From Camelus ferus (taxonomy: Eukaryota): 64,000 nt of DNA. The translations under genes and the position numbers were made by a program. The stretch covers positions 7,192,001 to 7,256,000 of the forward strand of contig NC_045723.1 of the NCBI RefSeq assembly GCF_009834535.1, in the 5' to 3' direction. Shown one piece after another: positions 45,385-57,949 of this stretch; positions within the stretch are counted from its first letter, which is position 1, and every line of letters begins with the position of its first letter. Below the pieces are notes generated by a model that searched no databases, was not told where the DNA came from, and saw nothing but the letters and a program-made list of their open reading frames with translations.

Positions 45385-48300
45385 CCAGGCTGGACTCGCT
45401 GCCCAGGGAGCTGGCCCCTAGTTCGGAGGTGCCAGGACCAGTCTGGGCTGATCTTGAGACCCACCCACCCCCACCGAAAGCTGCCACGGTCACAGGAAAA
45501 GGGCATTGCAGGAACCATACCTGGCCACGTCCCTTGTAGCCATTCTTTCTTTTGTGTTGGCCTACTTGACCAGACTAATATTCTGGAATTTTTTGAGCTT
45601 TCTGTTTGGTTGGCTTGATGTTCTGGAAGCCAAGACTCCAGAGAGAGCTGCGGTTCATGAAGCCTTCTGCCAACGTGCTGCTTTCTTACAGAGATCCCAT
45701 GCCTCAGGACACCTGGCCGCCGCTGCTCCGCCCAGCTCTGTGAGCTGTGTTCGTTATAATTCCTTTATTCCACGCTTCTGCTCACTTCCGTCTGTGCTTT
45801 CCTAGATCTTCTTTTTAGCTGTTTCTTCTTGTCTTTCCCTCATCTTTTTGTCTCCAAATCCATCAGTTCTACCCCATCCCCACCTCCCAACGTGACTATG
45901 CACCTACAGCTGCTCAGGACTTTGGACGTGGGGGGCTCCGGAGGGTCTACCTTTCTGACAAGCACTCCCAGTGTTTCTGCTACCAATCAAGTGGGAGAGC
46001 ATCTTCTTTGAGGCCCACTTGCAATCATGGCTCCCTCCCCTTCCACAGCTTTTGCAGGTTTCTCTCACACCCCACTGCTCCACAGGGTCTAGATAAGGGG
46101 ACTTGGAAAGATGATCCTGGAACTAAACTGCAAGGATTTCTTGCAACAAAACCTGCCTTGGCTAGACTGTAGAGTTCCAGCTTCCAGAGTTGTCCCTAGC
46201 TCTGAACAGACCACCTTTTGCTCAGGCTAAAAGGGAATTACCAACACAAGTTTGAAACTGCATTTCCAAATGTGGTAACAGTCTTGAGCGTACATGCAAA
46301 GGGAAATTCAATATTAGCAATAATTGCCTGTTTGGAACCCTAGTCGGGGGGGGTGGGGGTGTGCAGAACATCACCCCAGAGGAAGTGAAACAAGATTCTG
46401 TCACTTGCCCTTCCCCTCCTCTGTGCTTTCTCCTTTCCTACCTCTCAAGAGTATATAAACTCTTAAGAGACCCTGAGGATCTCAGGAATATCACTGCTGT
46501 CACCTAAGTGAACATTTTTCCTAATGCAGGATTAGGCTAAAGGCTGAAGTCCATAAGAAGTCCTGTGCACTGCAGTTCCAAGCCACTTCCGTTTTCCAGC
46601 AAATGGGCCTGACCCCAGTGACTTGAAGTCTGGGGTTTAAGTGAGCCTGTGAGCACTGAGACTTCAGGCCAAAGTCCCCCTGCGCCAGAGGTTTCTTCAC
46701 ATCAGGGTCTCAAGATCAGTGTGGCTGGTCATTCAGAGCAGCTTTTCTCTTTAAGGACACTCGAGGGCGCTTTTGGTTTGTGCCCTACACCCCTGAAAAT
46801 CTACCAGCTCAGAAATGGGGCAAGGCAGCTACTTTAAGTACGTCATGAAAATGCAGCAGGTCACAGCTTGCTGGGAAGGTGAGTGAGATGGATAAGTTAG
46901 AGGGGCCTGGTTGTGAAGGCACCCAGGGACTGGAGTGCTTCTGACCCACAGAGCCGGCCCAAGGTTAAATGCCTTAAACCTGCCAGTCCTGGGCTCAGTC
47001 CTACTTTCAAAGGAAAAAGTCTGCCCTCAGTCAGCCAGGCTGGAAGTGCCTTTTGACTTACACAGTTAACTAACTATGCTCCGGAGCCTCCTGGGTCGAG
47101 GAGATGATGCCATGCTCTGTCCCCAGTCTCTCTGCAGCTCAGAGGACCAATCACTTTAGTCTTCCAGCTCTTCAGCTGATCTTCTGACTTGGAGATAGGG
47201 TTTCCCTGGAACCTTCAGTTACTGAGCCTAGAAATACTTTTTGGATTCATCATCTCACAGCTCGATGGCCTGGTTCTGGATTTCTTAAGAGAATTTAGAA
47301 ACAAGACCAGAAGAGGAGGCAGGGGGCATGGCCCCTGAAATTTTAGTCCCCATCCCTGTTTTGTGAGAAGTGGGTACCTATCCTATCCTGTGTGTTTGTC
47401 ACGTCGTCCTCACTCACAGGTAAGAGCCTGATGGGAACATCTTGCTTGTAAACTTTTTCTTGAGGGACTTGGCTTATCAAGTGCATATAAAGTACTTCCC
47501 ACTCAAGAAAGCATTCTAATTCTTAGCTAATTTAGGCCACATGACTATAGAGCACTAAGCCTGGTACTTAAGTGAGACATTGTCCTTCCAAGCGGGCCTC
47601 TTGGTGGTGTGATTGCTGTTGCTCCAGGCGTGTCTGAAATGCTTCTCTAGTGATGGCCCTCAGCCCGCTGACAGCCTTATTGCTCAGACTCATTGCTTCT
47701 GCCACACCTCATCCCAGTCCAAGATGGTCCCTTCCAGTTTATTTGCCAGCCTTGCCTCCCAATGTCTTTTAGCTCTTTTTAAAAATCAGCATTTTGCCAT
47801 CAAGGAGCATGTTCCAGAGCATTTCTGAGAGGCTCTAGAGATGCCCCAAAGACAATGTGCTATTTGGTGCAGTGGCAACAGTGTTAGACTGGCTGGAGCC
47901 TTCCAGCAGGCTGCTTCCGAATCAACACTCATTTGACTAGATGTGTTCCCAGCTGCTGGGGAAAAAGAAAGTCTGGTAGCCTGACAGGCACATCTCATGT
48001 TCACCCAAAATGCAGCGTTCGTCCCTTACTGAGGGTAAGCCTTGGGTTTTAAGGCTTTGTGTTTCCTGGGCCGCAGTGGGAGATGTTACAAATAGAAGAA
48101 AGTTGGGATTTGCAGGGGCTTTGGCCTGTGCGAGAGTCAACACTAAAGCTTGAGTTCCAGCCAGTTGGCAAGCATGGAAGTCTTTGAAGAATGTAATGCA
48201 AGAAGGGAAAAGAAGAATGTAAAGCTTTTTGTCCTGAGTGAGTAGGAGGCCAGCTCGTATCACCAACATGGTCAATAACAAATGCCTCTCCCTGTGGACA

Positions 48301-48801
48301 AGCCTCTGCATGGCCCACTTTGAGGGGCACTGCCATCTAGAGATCAGCCCGTGGAGCTGGAAGAAACCCTCTGGGATGGCAAGCATCCAGCCTGCTGTGC
48401 ATTTGGCAGGGTCCGTGGATGGTAGGGTCGGGATCCCCAGCTGGTTCACAAATGTCAGTGAGGCCTTTGCAGATAGAAGAATAAGGACAAACTGCTTTGC
48501 TACCTCTGAGCCTTCTTTGGGGAGAATCACCGTGGAATGTTGACAGTTGTCTGAAACGTTTTAAGCTCCCTTGTTGAATTCCTGTCCTGTCCCTGCGGAA
48601 TCAAATGACCAAGAAGCCATAGGCACCCGCCCCAAATTTCCCCAGCAGCTGGAGTGATGCCAGAAGGGAAAAGAGTGAATGGCTCCTCTGCCTTCTTGGA
48701 GCCACCCGAATGCGAGGCCGGTTGCACTAGTTGTGTTGTGTTAAATGTATAAAAAGCCATACATTCTTCTGTTTTCTCATTTCCAATGTTCTGTGTGGAT
48801 G

Positions 48802-48807
48802 AATAAA
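48802..48807 (+). terminator. Probable C2orf68 distal poly(A) signal (implies a ~3.4 kb 3' UTR)
   Basis: AATAAA preceded by a U/GU-rich stretch typical of 3' UTR ends; consistent with the long 3' UTR recalled for this gene. Confidence 0.5.
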
Positions 48808-50123
48808 GTGAATTGTGCGAATTATTTGAAAATCCTGGAAGGAAGGTACTTTTCAAATACAGTATTGTTTTTAACCAATAAACATACTATTTTTGCCAAG
48901 AGTTGTGAAATCACTTGTGTACATAGGGAACTGAAGGTTACATGCCCTGAAGCCACTCAGCACCACAGAATCAGCACTTGGAATCTTGTTTCTAGTTCTG
49001 CCTATTTTAAGAACTGTCCTGGTGGGAGCATAACAACTAGACTCATGTGGCATTAGAGCTGGAAGGGAATTTTAAAGACACTTGGTCCAATTTCTCACCT
49101 GATAATGCAATTCCTCCCAACCGGTGACCCATAAAGGGCCTAAAATCATCCTATTTTAGGGACTACTCAGACGGCCATATTAAGCCAAAATCTGCCTCCT
49201 TGTCAAGGCTCTGGAGTGCTGGTCTTGCCCACCATTTGGTGAAAGGACAGCCAGTTTAGAACCTGAGTGGTCCGCTCAGGCCCTCCCCATGATGATGGTT
49301 GGAGAGGAATGGAAACCCAGCTCAGTGGGGTATAGTAAGTGTTGATTAAGAATCGCAAAGCTTCTAATGAAGGAGGAAATGCTGAGAGTTCACAGCATCA
49401 TCGGGCAGATGAGAAAAATGTGCCTACTCCAGTGGGAACACACCTGGGCAGGAAAGTGGTGCTTCTCTATAAATTAAAAAAAAAAGGCACTCCTTTGTCC
49501 TGGGGCGCAGAGTATGGCCAGCAGGGGGTGGACTGGATTTTTATACCCAGCTGGACCTTCAGCTGGGTATTCTTGTACAGCGACCACTGCACAACCATAC
49601 TTCTTAATCCTGTTTTAAGTACTTGTCCTGACGCAGTTTGGAAAAGGGCTTTCCGACAGTTTTCCTGTTTCCATTTTTACCTCCCACTAGGTCCAAAAGT
49701 GTTTCTCCTTCCTCAAGCCATTGTCCAGTTTATCTGCTCCCATTTCCCCCACAGGACAAGGCCCTGTTTCTCCGTATTATCTATCTCACCAATGCTGCCA
49801 AACTCAAGCACCTCTGCTCCTGGCAGCCTGGGCCCATGCTTCCTTCATGTCAAGGTCTTTCAGCCCCAGTGTTGTCTCACAAGGACTCCAACAGATGCCG
49901 GGCTGCCGGTTAGAATGCCAGGCACACTTCTGGTGTGTGTAAGAAGTATTGCTTTTAATCCAGAGTGTCCAGGAGGGCACCTTTGGTCAATTAAGCGTGG
50001 ACGAAGAATGTCGCCTGCCATATCAGTAAATAAAGGACATTGTGGCCCTCAAGCCAGCAGCCACCCCCCACTGTGCACCCTGAGGGGATCCAGATGGAGA
50101 AAAGCAGGTTACTGGCCCTAGAT

Positions 50124-50419
50124 TGTTAAGGCGCTAATCAGAGGAATGACTTCAGTGAGTCCAGACTCGAACCTTCCCTTACCTTGAAAAGTGCTAAATT
50201 CATTATCTTGTCTGGCTTTCTTTAGTTAACAGTCATCTTTCAATGTTCAGACTATCTGGTTTTTGATGTAAAAACTCCTATATCCTGGCTCCTCCCATAC
50301 CTCTTCTGAACAATCTCAAAGCTGTCTGAAAGGCTGCCTCCAAGACTTGAGTCCTCAGAAAGTCTGCAGAATAAAACGTAATTCTCAACTCTTAGGCTGT
50401 TCATTTTTTTCAGTTGACA
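50124..50419 (+). mobile_element. Probable ERV solo LTR (~296 bp)
   Basis: TGTTAA...TTGACA imperfect inverted termini, internal CTCCTATATCC TATA-like box, AATAAA 50370-50375, TTTTTTCAGTTGACA U5 end. No clean TSD seen. Confidence 0.55.
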
Positions 50420-50899
50420 TTAGTTTTGGTAAGCCATTGGGTATTTTATCACCACACTGCCCTGTTTGCTTTTTCCCAAACTGCTCCGGGTCTCCCGCCT
50501 TCCTCTCCTGTCTCTTGCCTACCAACACCTGGCCATGTGTGTCTACTTGGAATGGATATTGTTTCAAGTAATTGCTCAGCAGTCAGGAAACATGTTTTGG
50601 ACACTGACTTCTGGACAGTACTCTGTGTACTTGTACCTTTGAAAATAAAAAGTATCTGATCAAAGTAGCCCTCCTCCAGAGTTTGCTGAGCCGAGGGAAG
50701 CAGAAGCCAAATCCAGGGCGCTTGAATTTCTTAAGCAACAGCCAAGGCTTTGTGCTTGCCTCTCTGCAGACCCGCCTCGCCTTGAACAGAGGCAGGCACG
50801 GGCGCCACAGAGAGGTAGGCTCCCTGAAGTCTCTCTGTCGGCCAGTCCAGGCTGCAAAATGTGCCCAGGGGTTCAGGGAGGCTCCCTCCAGCCACGTGC

Positions 50900-51760
50900 A
50901 CGATGACACTCACATGGGCAGCTGGAAGGCGGTGCCCGCAGGAGCAGGGCAAGCGGGCATCCTAGCCTTCTGGCGTCCCGGGTCGGCGCCTCCGCTCCGG
51001 TCCCACGCCCCCGCCCCCCGGACCCCCGAAGTCCAAGCGCCGCCCACCTGTGCGGCGTGAGGCGGGCGCGGGGGCTCGGGAATTGTAGTCTCCGGCTGGG
51101 CGCGGGCGCCGGGGCCGGGCCGGCGCGGACTCCACGTCCCGGCGGGCGGCGCGGCGCGGCCCGGGGCGCCGGGGGCGGGGCCGCTCGGCCCTTTAAACCA
51201 TTCAGGGCCGCTCCGAGGGCCGCAGCCGGGACGGCGCCACGCGGGGGTTGAGCAGGGCGCGGTGGCGGGGCGCTCGGGGAGGTGCGTACTGGGCCCCTTC
51301 CTCTCCCGGGACCTCCAGGGATCACCTGCGGGCACGGGACCCCGGGTCCAGCGGACTCGCAGGGCGTGGGCTCCGGGCGCCCACGCGGGCGGGGGCCGGG
51401 CTGGGCTTCCCACGTGAACCCGCCCCTTCCCCGCGGCGCCGGTGGTCAGGTGGATGCGGGCGGGCAGCCGCGCCTCCACCGGGCCCCGGACCCCCTTCCC
51501 ATGCTTCCCTTGGCGTGGCCCCCTGGACTGTCCTGACGCCAGCCTCTCCCAGCCCAGAACCCTCAGGCGAGGGAGTAGGACTCTCCAAATCTTAGAGCCC
51601 CGCGGCATCTGAACATCTGGGTGGAGCGCGGAGGCCCCCCGGTAGGTGCCGAAGAGTGTCCACGTTTCGGCGTGGGCGCAGCCCCAAGTGTGGGCGCTCA
51701 GAGCCGCAGCGGGAGCCCTAAATCTGGCGTTGATCATCTTCCTCTCCCCCGCAGCGGCTT
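50900..51760 (+). promoter_or_regulatory. TMEM150A CpG-island promoter and probable non-coding exon 1
   Basis: Very CpG-rich, GC box GGGGCGGGG (51172-51180), TTTAAA at 51192-51197, candidate donor GAG|GTGCGT at 51281/51282; exon 2 acceptor CTCTCTCCACCAG ending 51806. Confidence 0.7.
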
Positions 51761-51922
51761 TGGCCAGTCAGTAGACCCTGGACTTTGACCTGTCTCTCTC
51801 CACCAGGCCCGGGCAGCTGATGGTTTTGGCCAAGTATCCTGAGGTAGCTGGGCTAACCTCCTCCTCCCCACCTACCTCTTGTCCTCCTCCCCACACCACC
51901 ACCACCCTGGCTTCCCTTCCTC

Positions 51923-54900
51923 ATGACCGCCTGGATCCTCCTTCCTGTCAGCCTGTCAGCATTCTCCATCACTGGCCTATGGACTGTGTAAGTAAAGAGG
52001 GGGAGGGGGAAGGTAACTAGGGGACAAAATGGACCCAGCCTGAGGAGGGACGAGGCCCAGCCAGGACCCAACAGGAGCCTCATGGCACACACAAAGTCCC
52101 TTGTCCTGTTGCAGGCTCCCAGGTGGTACCCAGGGTCACTCTGGCTGCCTCCAAAGCCTGGCCTAGTGCCTGGGCACACAGCCCCTTGGGACAAGCTGGC
52201 ACCACTGCTGTCCAGCAGGGTGGCCCTGATGGACAGACTTTTAGCCAAGGCAACTTCCAGAGGTCTTGTGGTTTGGGGCCATGCAGTGGGTTTTAGTGTA
52301 GTGTCAAGCTGCAGGGCCAACCCCAGCTTGAGTCCCCAGCAAAGACAATAAGGCTGATTCAGGGCAGAACCAAAGGAGAAGAGTCAGCGGGGGCAGGCTG
52401 GGTGCGTCATGGGGGCCAGGTGACAGTTGTGCTCCCGCAGGTATGCCATGGCCGTGATGAACCACCACGTGTGCCCCGTGGAGAACTGGTATGGCGCACT
52501 CTGCAGACAGCTTCACTCTAAAGCTCCCTTCATCTCTGTTTCCTCTTGGGCCGGGGCTGCCTCGAGCCAGATGGAGACACTGGGCCTCACTGCTCTTCTC
52601 TGACATTGGCAGCGCCTGCCTCTCCCCAGGCATGGCTTCGTGCCCACCTACCTGCTTCTCACCATCGTTCACCCCTTTGGCTTCTGTCTCAGGCGGGCCC
52701 TGGGAAGTGGCCTGTTCTGCCCCTGCCGAGGGAGGTCTGGGAGGGTGGTCTCCAAGCAGCCTGAGGCTACAGGCCAAGGGCCTGGGGGAACCCCTTCCCC
52801 CCTAGTCTACTCTCTGTCCTGCCTGTCAGGTCCTACAACGAATCCTGCTCTCCTGACCCCACTGAGCCAGGGGGCCCCAAGACCTGCTGTACCCTGGATG
52901 ATGTCCCCCTCATCAGGTAAGGCCTAGAAACCAGGCAGGTCAGGGAGACACAAGGCCCTCAAGCAAAGGCCTGTCCCTGAGTCACAGGAATAATAATTCT
53001 CTCAAGAGCACTTAATTACAATACTACTTCCCAATTACTATGTGCCGGACATTGTGCTGAATGCTTTACATGCATAAGGCCATTTAATCCTTCCAGCATT
53101 GAGGCAGCTGTTGTTTCACCATTTTATAGGCAGGGAAACTGAGACCGAGCTATGTTGTCCATCCAGGTCACTAAGCTGTAAGTGGAGGCACCTGGATTTA
53201 AGTTCAGGCTCCTCTGATTGCCCTGCCCAGGTTCTGGCTTAAGGAAAGCCAGACTAGCTGCAGGCCTTGCCAGTCTCAGGGAGTCCAAGGAGTCTCGAGG
53301 TCTGCTGAGCCATCCTGGGCATTCCCTAACCCGATACACACGAGCTCTGCCTTGAAGGGGATGGGTGCGGCCAGCCTAGGGCCAAGTGTTTGTGAGGGAC
53401 ACTGGCCTTTCTCACACATCAGTGGCTTGCCTGCTGGGGAACAGGCGCAGATAAGGCACAGGAGAGCAGGTGGGCCAGAACGGGGGCCTTCCAGTGCTCC
53501 GGCCCCTGCCTCACTCTGTCCTCGCCCCCTCCTCTCAGCAAGTGCGGCACATACCCTCCAGAGAGTTGCCTCTTCAGCCTCATTGGCAACATGGGTGCTT
53601 TCATGGGTGAGTTGTGCTCTCAGCACCCCTCCCCCCCAGCCCAGTCCAGCCCACTGTCACACCCAGTCCCCAGAAAGGCCCAGGAAGCCCTGGCCTCGCC
53701 CAGCCCACCCCACTAAGCGCTAAGGCTAGACTGGCCACTTCTCTCCTGTTCCTCGAAGGCCAAAGGCTGGCTCCCACACGGCCACCCTGCTGCCCCAAGC
53801 CTGAGGAAGCCCAGTTCCCCGCCTGCCCTTCTGTTCCCTTCCGGCCCTCAGTGTATCTGGGGGGAAGCTGGCGGGCTAGCCCGGCCGGGTCAGGGCCAGA
53901 GGAAGTTGCCAGCCCCACCTGTGCTCTCCTCCCCCAGTGGCCCTGATCTGCCTCCTGCGCTATGGGCAGCTCCTGGAGCAGAATCGTCATTCCTGGGTTA
54001 ACACCACGACGCTCATCACAGGCTGCACCAACGCCGTGGGCCTTGTGGTAGTCAGCAACTTTCAGGTGTGCCCCGCCTGGCTGCCTCTTGAACTCCCCCT
54101 AACAGGGCTGGGCTGTCTGCAGGGGCCCTCCGTTTCCTGAGGGTTGACTCGTGGCAGGAGCAGCCCCTCAAGGTTGGAGTGGGGACGGGAGGGCCTGGGA
54201 GGGAAAGATGGGAGAAGAGGGGAGGACAGGTGGTGTGAAGGGGGTGGGGAGTAGGGCTGCTTCACAGATCAGCCCCGTCTGGGCCCAGGTGGATCACGCT
54301 AAGTCTCTGCACTACGTGGGAACTGGCGTGGCCTTCACCGCCGGCCTGCTCTTTGTCTGCCTGCACTGTGCCCTCTCCTACCATGGGGCCACTGCCCCCC
54401 AGGACCTGGCTGTGGCCTACCTGCGGATCCTGCTGGCAGCTATCGCCTTTGTCACTCTGATCCTCAGTATCCTTCCAGGACAGGGCAGCCAGGAACAACT
54501 CCTGTAGCCCAGGGCCCCTCCCACCCAAGATGAGGGGGTGGAGGGCGGTCACCCCTGCCCAGTGTGGTCTTCTGCTTCCCCTCCCGGTAGGCGAGGCCTG
54601 GTCCTATGCCCCAGCCTAGTCATATACCTGGGGAGCAGAAAGGCTGTCCCCAGGCTCCTGCACATCCTACTGAACGTTTCCTTAGCCCCATCCCAGATGG
54701 TGTCTTCTTCATCCACGAGAGCTCCCAGCTGCAGCACGGGGCAGCCCTGTGTGAGTGGGTATATGTCATCGACCTCCTCATTTTCTACGGTACCTTCAGC
54801 TACGAGTTCGGGGCAGTCTCCTCAGAGACACTGGTGGCTGCGCTGCAGCCTGCCCCCGGCCGGGCCTGCAAGTCCTCCGGGAGCAGCAGCGCCTCCACGC

Positions 54901-54938
54901 ACCTCAACTGTGCCCCTGAGAGCGTTGCCATGATCTGA
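51923..54938 (+). CDS. TMEM150A: Transmembrane protein 150A (DRAM/Frag1 family, 271 aa, 7 coding exons)
   Basis: Exons 51923-51987, 52441-52488, 52830-52916, 53539-53606, 53938-54065, 54289-54466, 54697-54938 (816 nt). [38 protein letters not shown]...[21 protein letters not shown]...[17 protein letters not shown]...[12 protein letters not shown]. Confidence 0.97.
53030..53215 (+). mobile_element. MIR
   Basis: TACTATGTGCCGGACATTGTGCTGAATGCTTTACATG...CCATTTTATAGGCAGGGAAACTGAG. Confidence 0.7.
54467..54696 (+). other. U12-type (minor spliceosome) GT-AG intron of TMEM150A
   Basis: 5' splice site GTATCCTT, branch-like TTTCCTTAGC at 54677-54686, 3' AG at 54695-54696 with no long pyrimidine tract. 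Confidence 0.85.
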
Positions 54939-55442
54939 GGTCTGGGGAGGATGGCTGGTCCGGCCTCCACAGCTCCCCGACCCTGTCGCTCCTTTGCATT
55001 TATTTTGTACCAAAAAACAATCCTGAGAAAGTATTCTGTTGGGACGCAGGCTTCCTCGCTCCTGGAGGAGTGGCCATCCCACACCCACCTGTGCCATAGA
55101 GGAGCGGGCCCTGGCACTGCCCGAGCACAGCCCGCTCCCCACACCACAGTGTTGTTTTTACGTTTTAAGGTCACGTATCCTCATTCACCCAGCCAGCCCT
55201 TCAGGTGCCTTCTACTCCCCAGTGCCAAAGCCAGACCACTGGGGTTTCCTGCTGCAGGAATTGGGGGCTGGGAACAGCAAGAGAGAGAAAGTTGGGGGGC
55301 AGGGGTAAGCACTCTTAGTCAGTGGAAAGGCCCATTTTTGGGTCCACTGAGCTGCCCTGGGATTCTTCGCTCTGCCCCCTTTCTTTAGGGCAAATAACAC
55401 AGCAGAACCACGTGGGTATTTTAGTATTTTTTTTTTATATCT

Positions 55443-55448
55443 ATTAAA
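55443..55448 (+). terminator. TMEM150A poly(A) signal ATTAAA
   Basis: Follows a U-rich tract ~500 nt after the stop, with GU-rich sequence downstream. Confidence 0.6.
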
Positions 55449-56132
55449 AGAATTCTAATTTGCATGTTTGTAGTCTGTTCTGGAGAGTTGGAGAGGACCT
55501 GATCCAGGACGGCTCTCTCTAGGCAAAGGATGTGAAGAAGTCCCTGCCCCGCCAGGGAGGTCCTGAGTGCCCGCTGCTGTTTCTGAGTAGGGACGCCAAG
55601 TGCTGTCCAAATCCGCCTCAAGGGCTTGAAGCCCTTTCTGGGCCTTTAAATAGTGCAGAGCTGACCTGACCGTTTCACACTTCCTACCCTGCTCAGAGTC
55701 TGCTTTGACGTTTGACTCCATAGCAGGGGATATGAGGAAGGACCTGCAAGTCCCTTCTGACTTCAAATGTTAGAAGTGATTTTTTGCAGCGAAGTTAAAG
55801 AAAGCTCCTGGGATTCTAAGGTTGACTAAAGATTGCAGGGGGAGGGAGATGTTGACTAGTTTTTCTTTACCATCTTTAAGCAACTACTGAATGCCAGGCC
55901 CTAACACATTTTACTTGCCAACCACAGACACGTGGGCCTAGGCCCTGGCTGGTCCAGTGGCTGGGTTCTTGACCTGGGCTCTACTGCCCTCAGGCTTGGC
56001 AGGCAGGGATCCGCAGCCTGGTACTCTCTGCAGTTCAGGACCACCTTCCCCAAGAGCGGTCGACAGAGTGGAGGGTACAGAGCCCCTGCCCAGGCCTGTG
56101 AGCAACGCAGCCGCAGGATGGGTAAAGAAACC

Positions 56133-56138
56133 TTTAAT
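56133..56138 (-). terminator. RNF181 poly(A) signal ATTAAA
   Basis: TTTAAT on the + strand ~60 nt past the stop codon. Confidence 0.6.
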
Positions 56139-56196
56139 GAGATTTGAGGCACAAGAGGAAGATGCTGTGGGGGATGGATGCTCAGCCCCATCCACC

Positions 56197-57939
56197 TCAT
56201 GTGTACATGGCTCCATGGAGGTTCTCCAGTCGGTGCTTCTGCTGCTGCTTGCGAGCCTGAAGGAAAGAAAGTGTGCTGGGCATGGGCCATACCTGAAGGC
56301 CTGTCGGTCAAGGGGTAGAGTAGCCATCGTGAGGCTGGCTTTCACTGTTTTCAGGCCCCTAACATCTTCATTGCCAAGGCTCTGGCTCCTCAGCAAAGTC
56401 ACTGGGAAGGCGGCCAGAGTCAGGGACCGTGAGGCCTACTCAGGCCTGCTGAGGTGGGGAACGAGAGCACTAAGGATAAGAACTCAGGGAGCCCCATTAC
56501 CACCCCCTCCACTTACCCAGCCCCTACCTTATCTCGTCTGTGTTCCTCATAAGTGTCATCATCAGTGGGTAGCTCATGGCGGCACAGGGGACAGGAGTTT
56601 GTCTGAGAAAAGCAGTGCAGTGTACCAGCCCTGGTCTGGTCTTCATGAGCTAATATCCGTCCCCGGCTCCCAACTCCCACCCCTACTCCTCTCCTGTCTC
56701 TGATTCTCCCAGTAGACCATACACAGAAAGAGTCTAGAAAACTGGGCCCAGGGCAGGGGGGGTGCTGGGAGAAAGGACGCAGTCAGTACCTTGCTCAGCC
56801 AGGGCAGAATGCAGTTGGAATGGAAGAGGTGATGGCAAGGCATCTCAATGGCAGTCTCCTCCTCCTCAAATTCCAAAAGACACACGGGGCACTTGAGCTC
56901 TTTAGGAGGGAGTGCTGATCAGGAGAGTTGCTATAGGCCCTACCTCCCAGCTCCCGCTCCTGAAGGATACTCCTGCCCCAACCTGGCCTGGAAAACTGAG
57001 AGGCCACACCATAGTCTGGCTCCAGATGATGTGGGTCTGGCAGACCTGCCCCAAACAGTGGAAAGAATTAGTGTTCTCACCAGCCTGAGAGCCCCTGATG
57101 ACTGTCCTGGGGAGGTTCTCAACTGCAGTCTTGGCAGCAGGTGGAGGCAAGTGGTGATCCCAGTCTACTACCAACCCCAAGTCTTCAAAGTCCATCCTGT
57201 TAAAAAGTGACCTGGGAAGAAGGATGCCAGCTCAGGACCAAAAAAAAAACAAACAAACTTTCTCTCTGCCCCCACAATCCACTAGGTTTAACTAACAGAT
57301 GAATACTCTGCCCAACTAGCAGTACTAATAGCTACCCCCTCGTAGTGCTCAGTAGACAAAAAGCACAGTGGGAAATGGCTTACAGCTGCTATCCGGCAAC
57401 CGCAAGCACGCAGGCTGTTTATACCCATTCTACACAGGAGGCAGCAGCTCAGAGGAGGAGTTACTTAGGCCACGGAGGAATGACCTAGTAAAGCCAGATT
57501 CCAAGTGGCTGTGTGGCTTCCGTGCTTGGTGTTCCTAATGTACCTACTCACACCCACACGGCCTCTACCCCGCCCCCATGACCCGCCTACTCCTGTACTT
57601 CCTAGAGTCCACTGCCCTACCGTCCCGATTCCCCTTACTCTCCACCTTCAGTCTTTCCCAGCATCCCCTTGGCCGAGGCTGCTCACGGATGATCCAAATT
57701 ATCGACTTCCCCCCGAATCTTACCGCCGGAGTAACTCCAGATTATTCATCCGTCCTCCCCAGGATCCGCTACCCCAGATAATCCGCCTTCTGCAGCCAGC
57801 CTCAGCCCAGAAACCTGTTGCCTGGGCCCTACCTCCCAGCCCCGCGCACTCACCTTGCGAGCTCCAGCAGCATGTTAGTTCGGGCATCCTGCTGTTGGTC
57901 CAACGGCTCGCAGTCGTGTTCATCGAAGTAGGACGCCAT
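56197..57939 (-). CDS. RNF181: E3 ubiquitin ligase RNF181 (RING-H2, 153 aa, 5 exons)
   Basis: Minus-strand exons 57854-57939, 57081-57211, 56790-56899, 56528-56602, 56197-56256 (462 nt). [12 protein letters not shown]...LPPPAAK...[49 protein letters not shown]...LHGAMYT*. Confidence 0.98.
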
Positions 57940-57949
57940 GGCAGCGGAG

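Noticed and set aside
49339-50121. 260-aa + strand ORF between C2orf68 and TMEM150A
   Set aside because: TTG start, no splice context or known motif, composition not protein-like.
50873-51737. 150-275 aa Pro/Arg/Gly-rich ORFs on both strands
   Set aside because: Typical stop-codon scarcity in the TMEM150A CpG island.
55957-56703. 248-aa + strand ORF
   Set aside because: Antisense shadow of RNF181 exons 4-5 and its 3' UTR.
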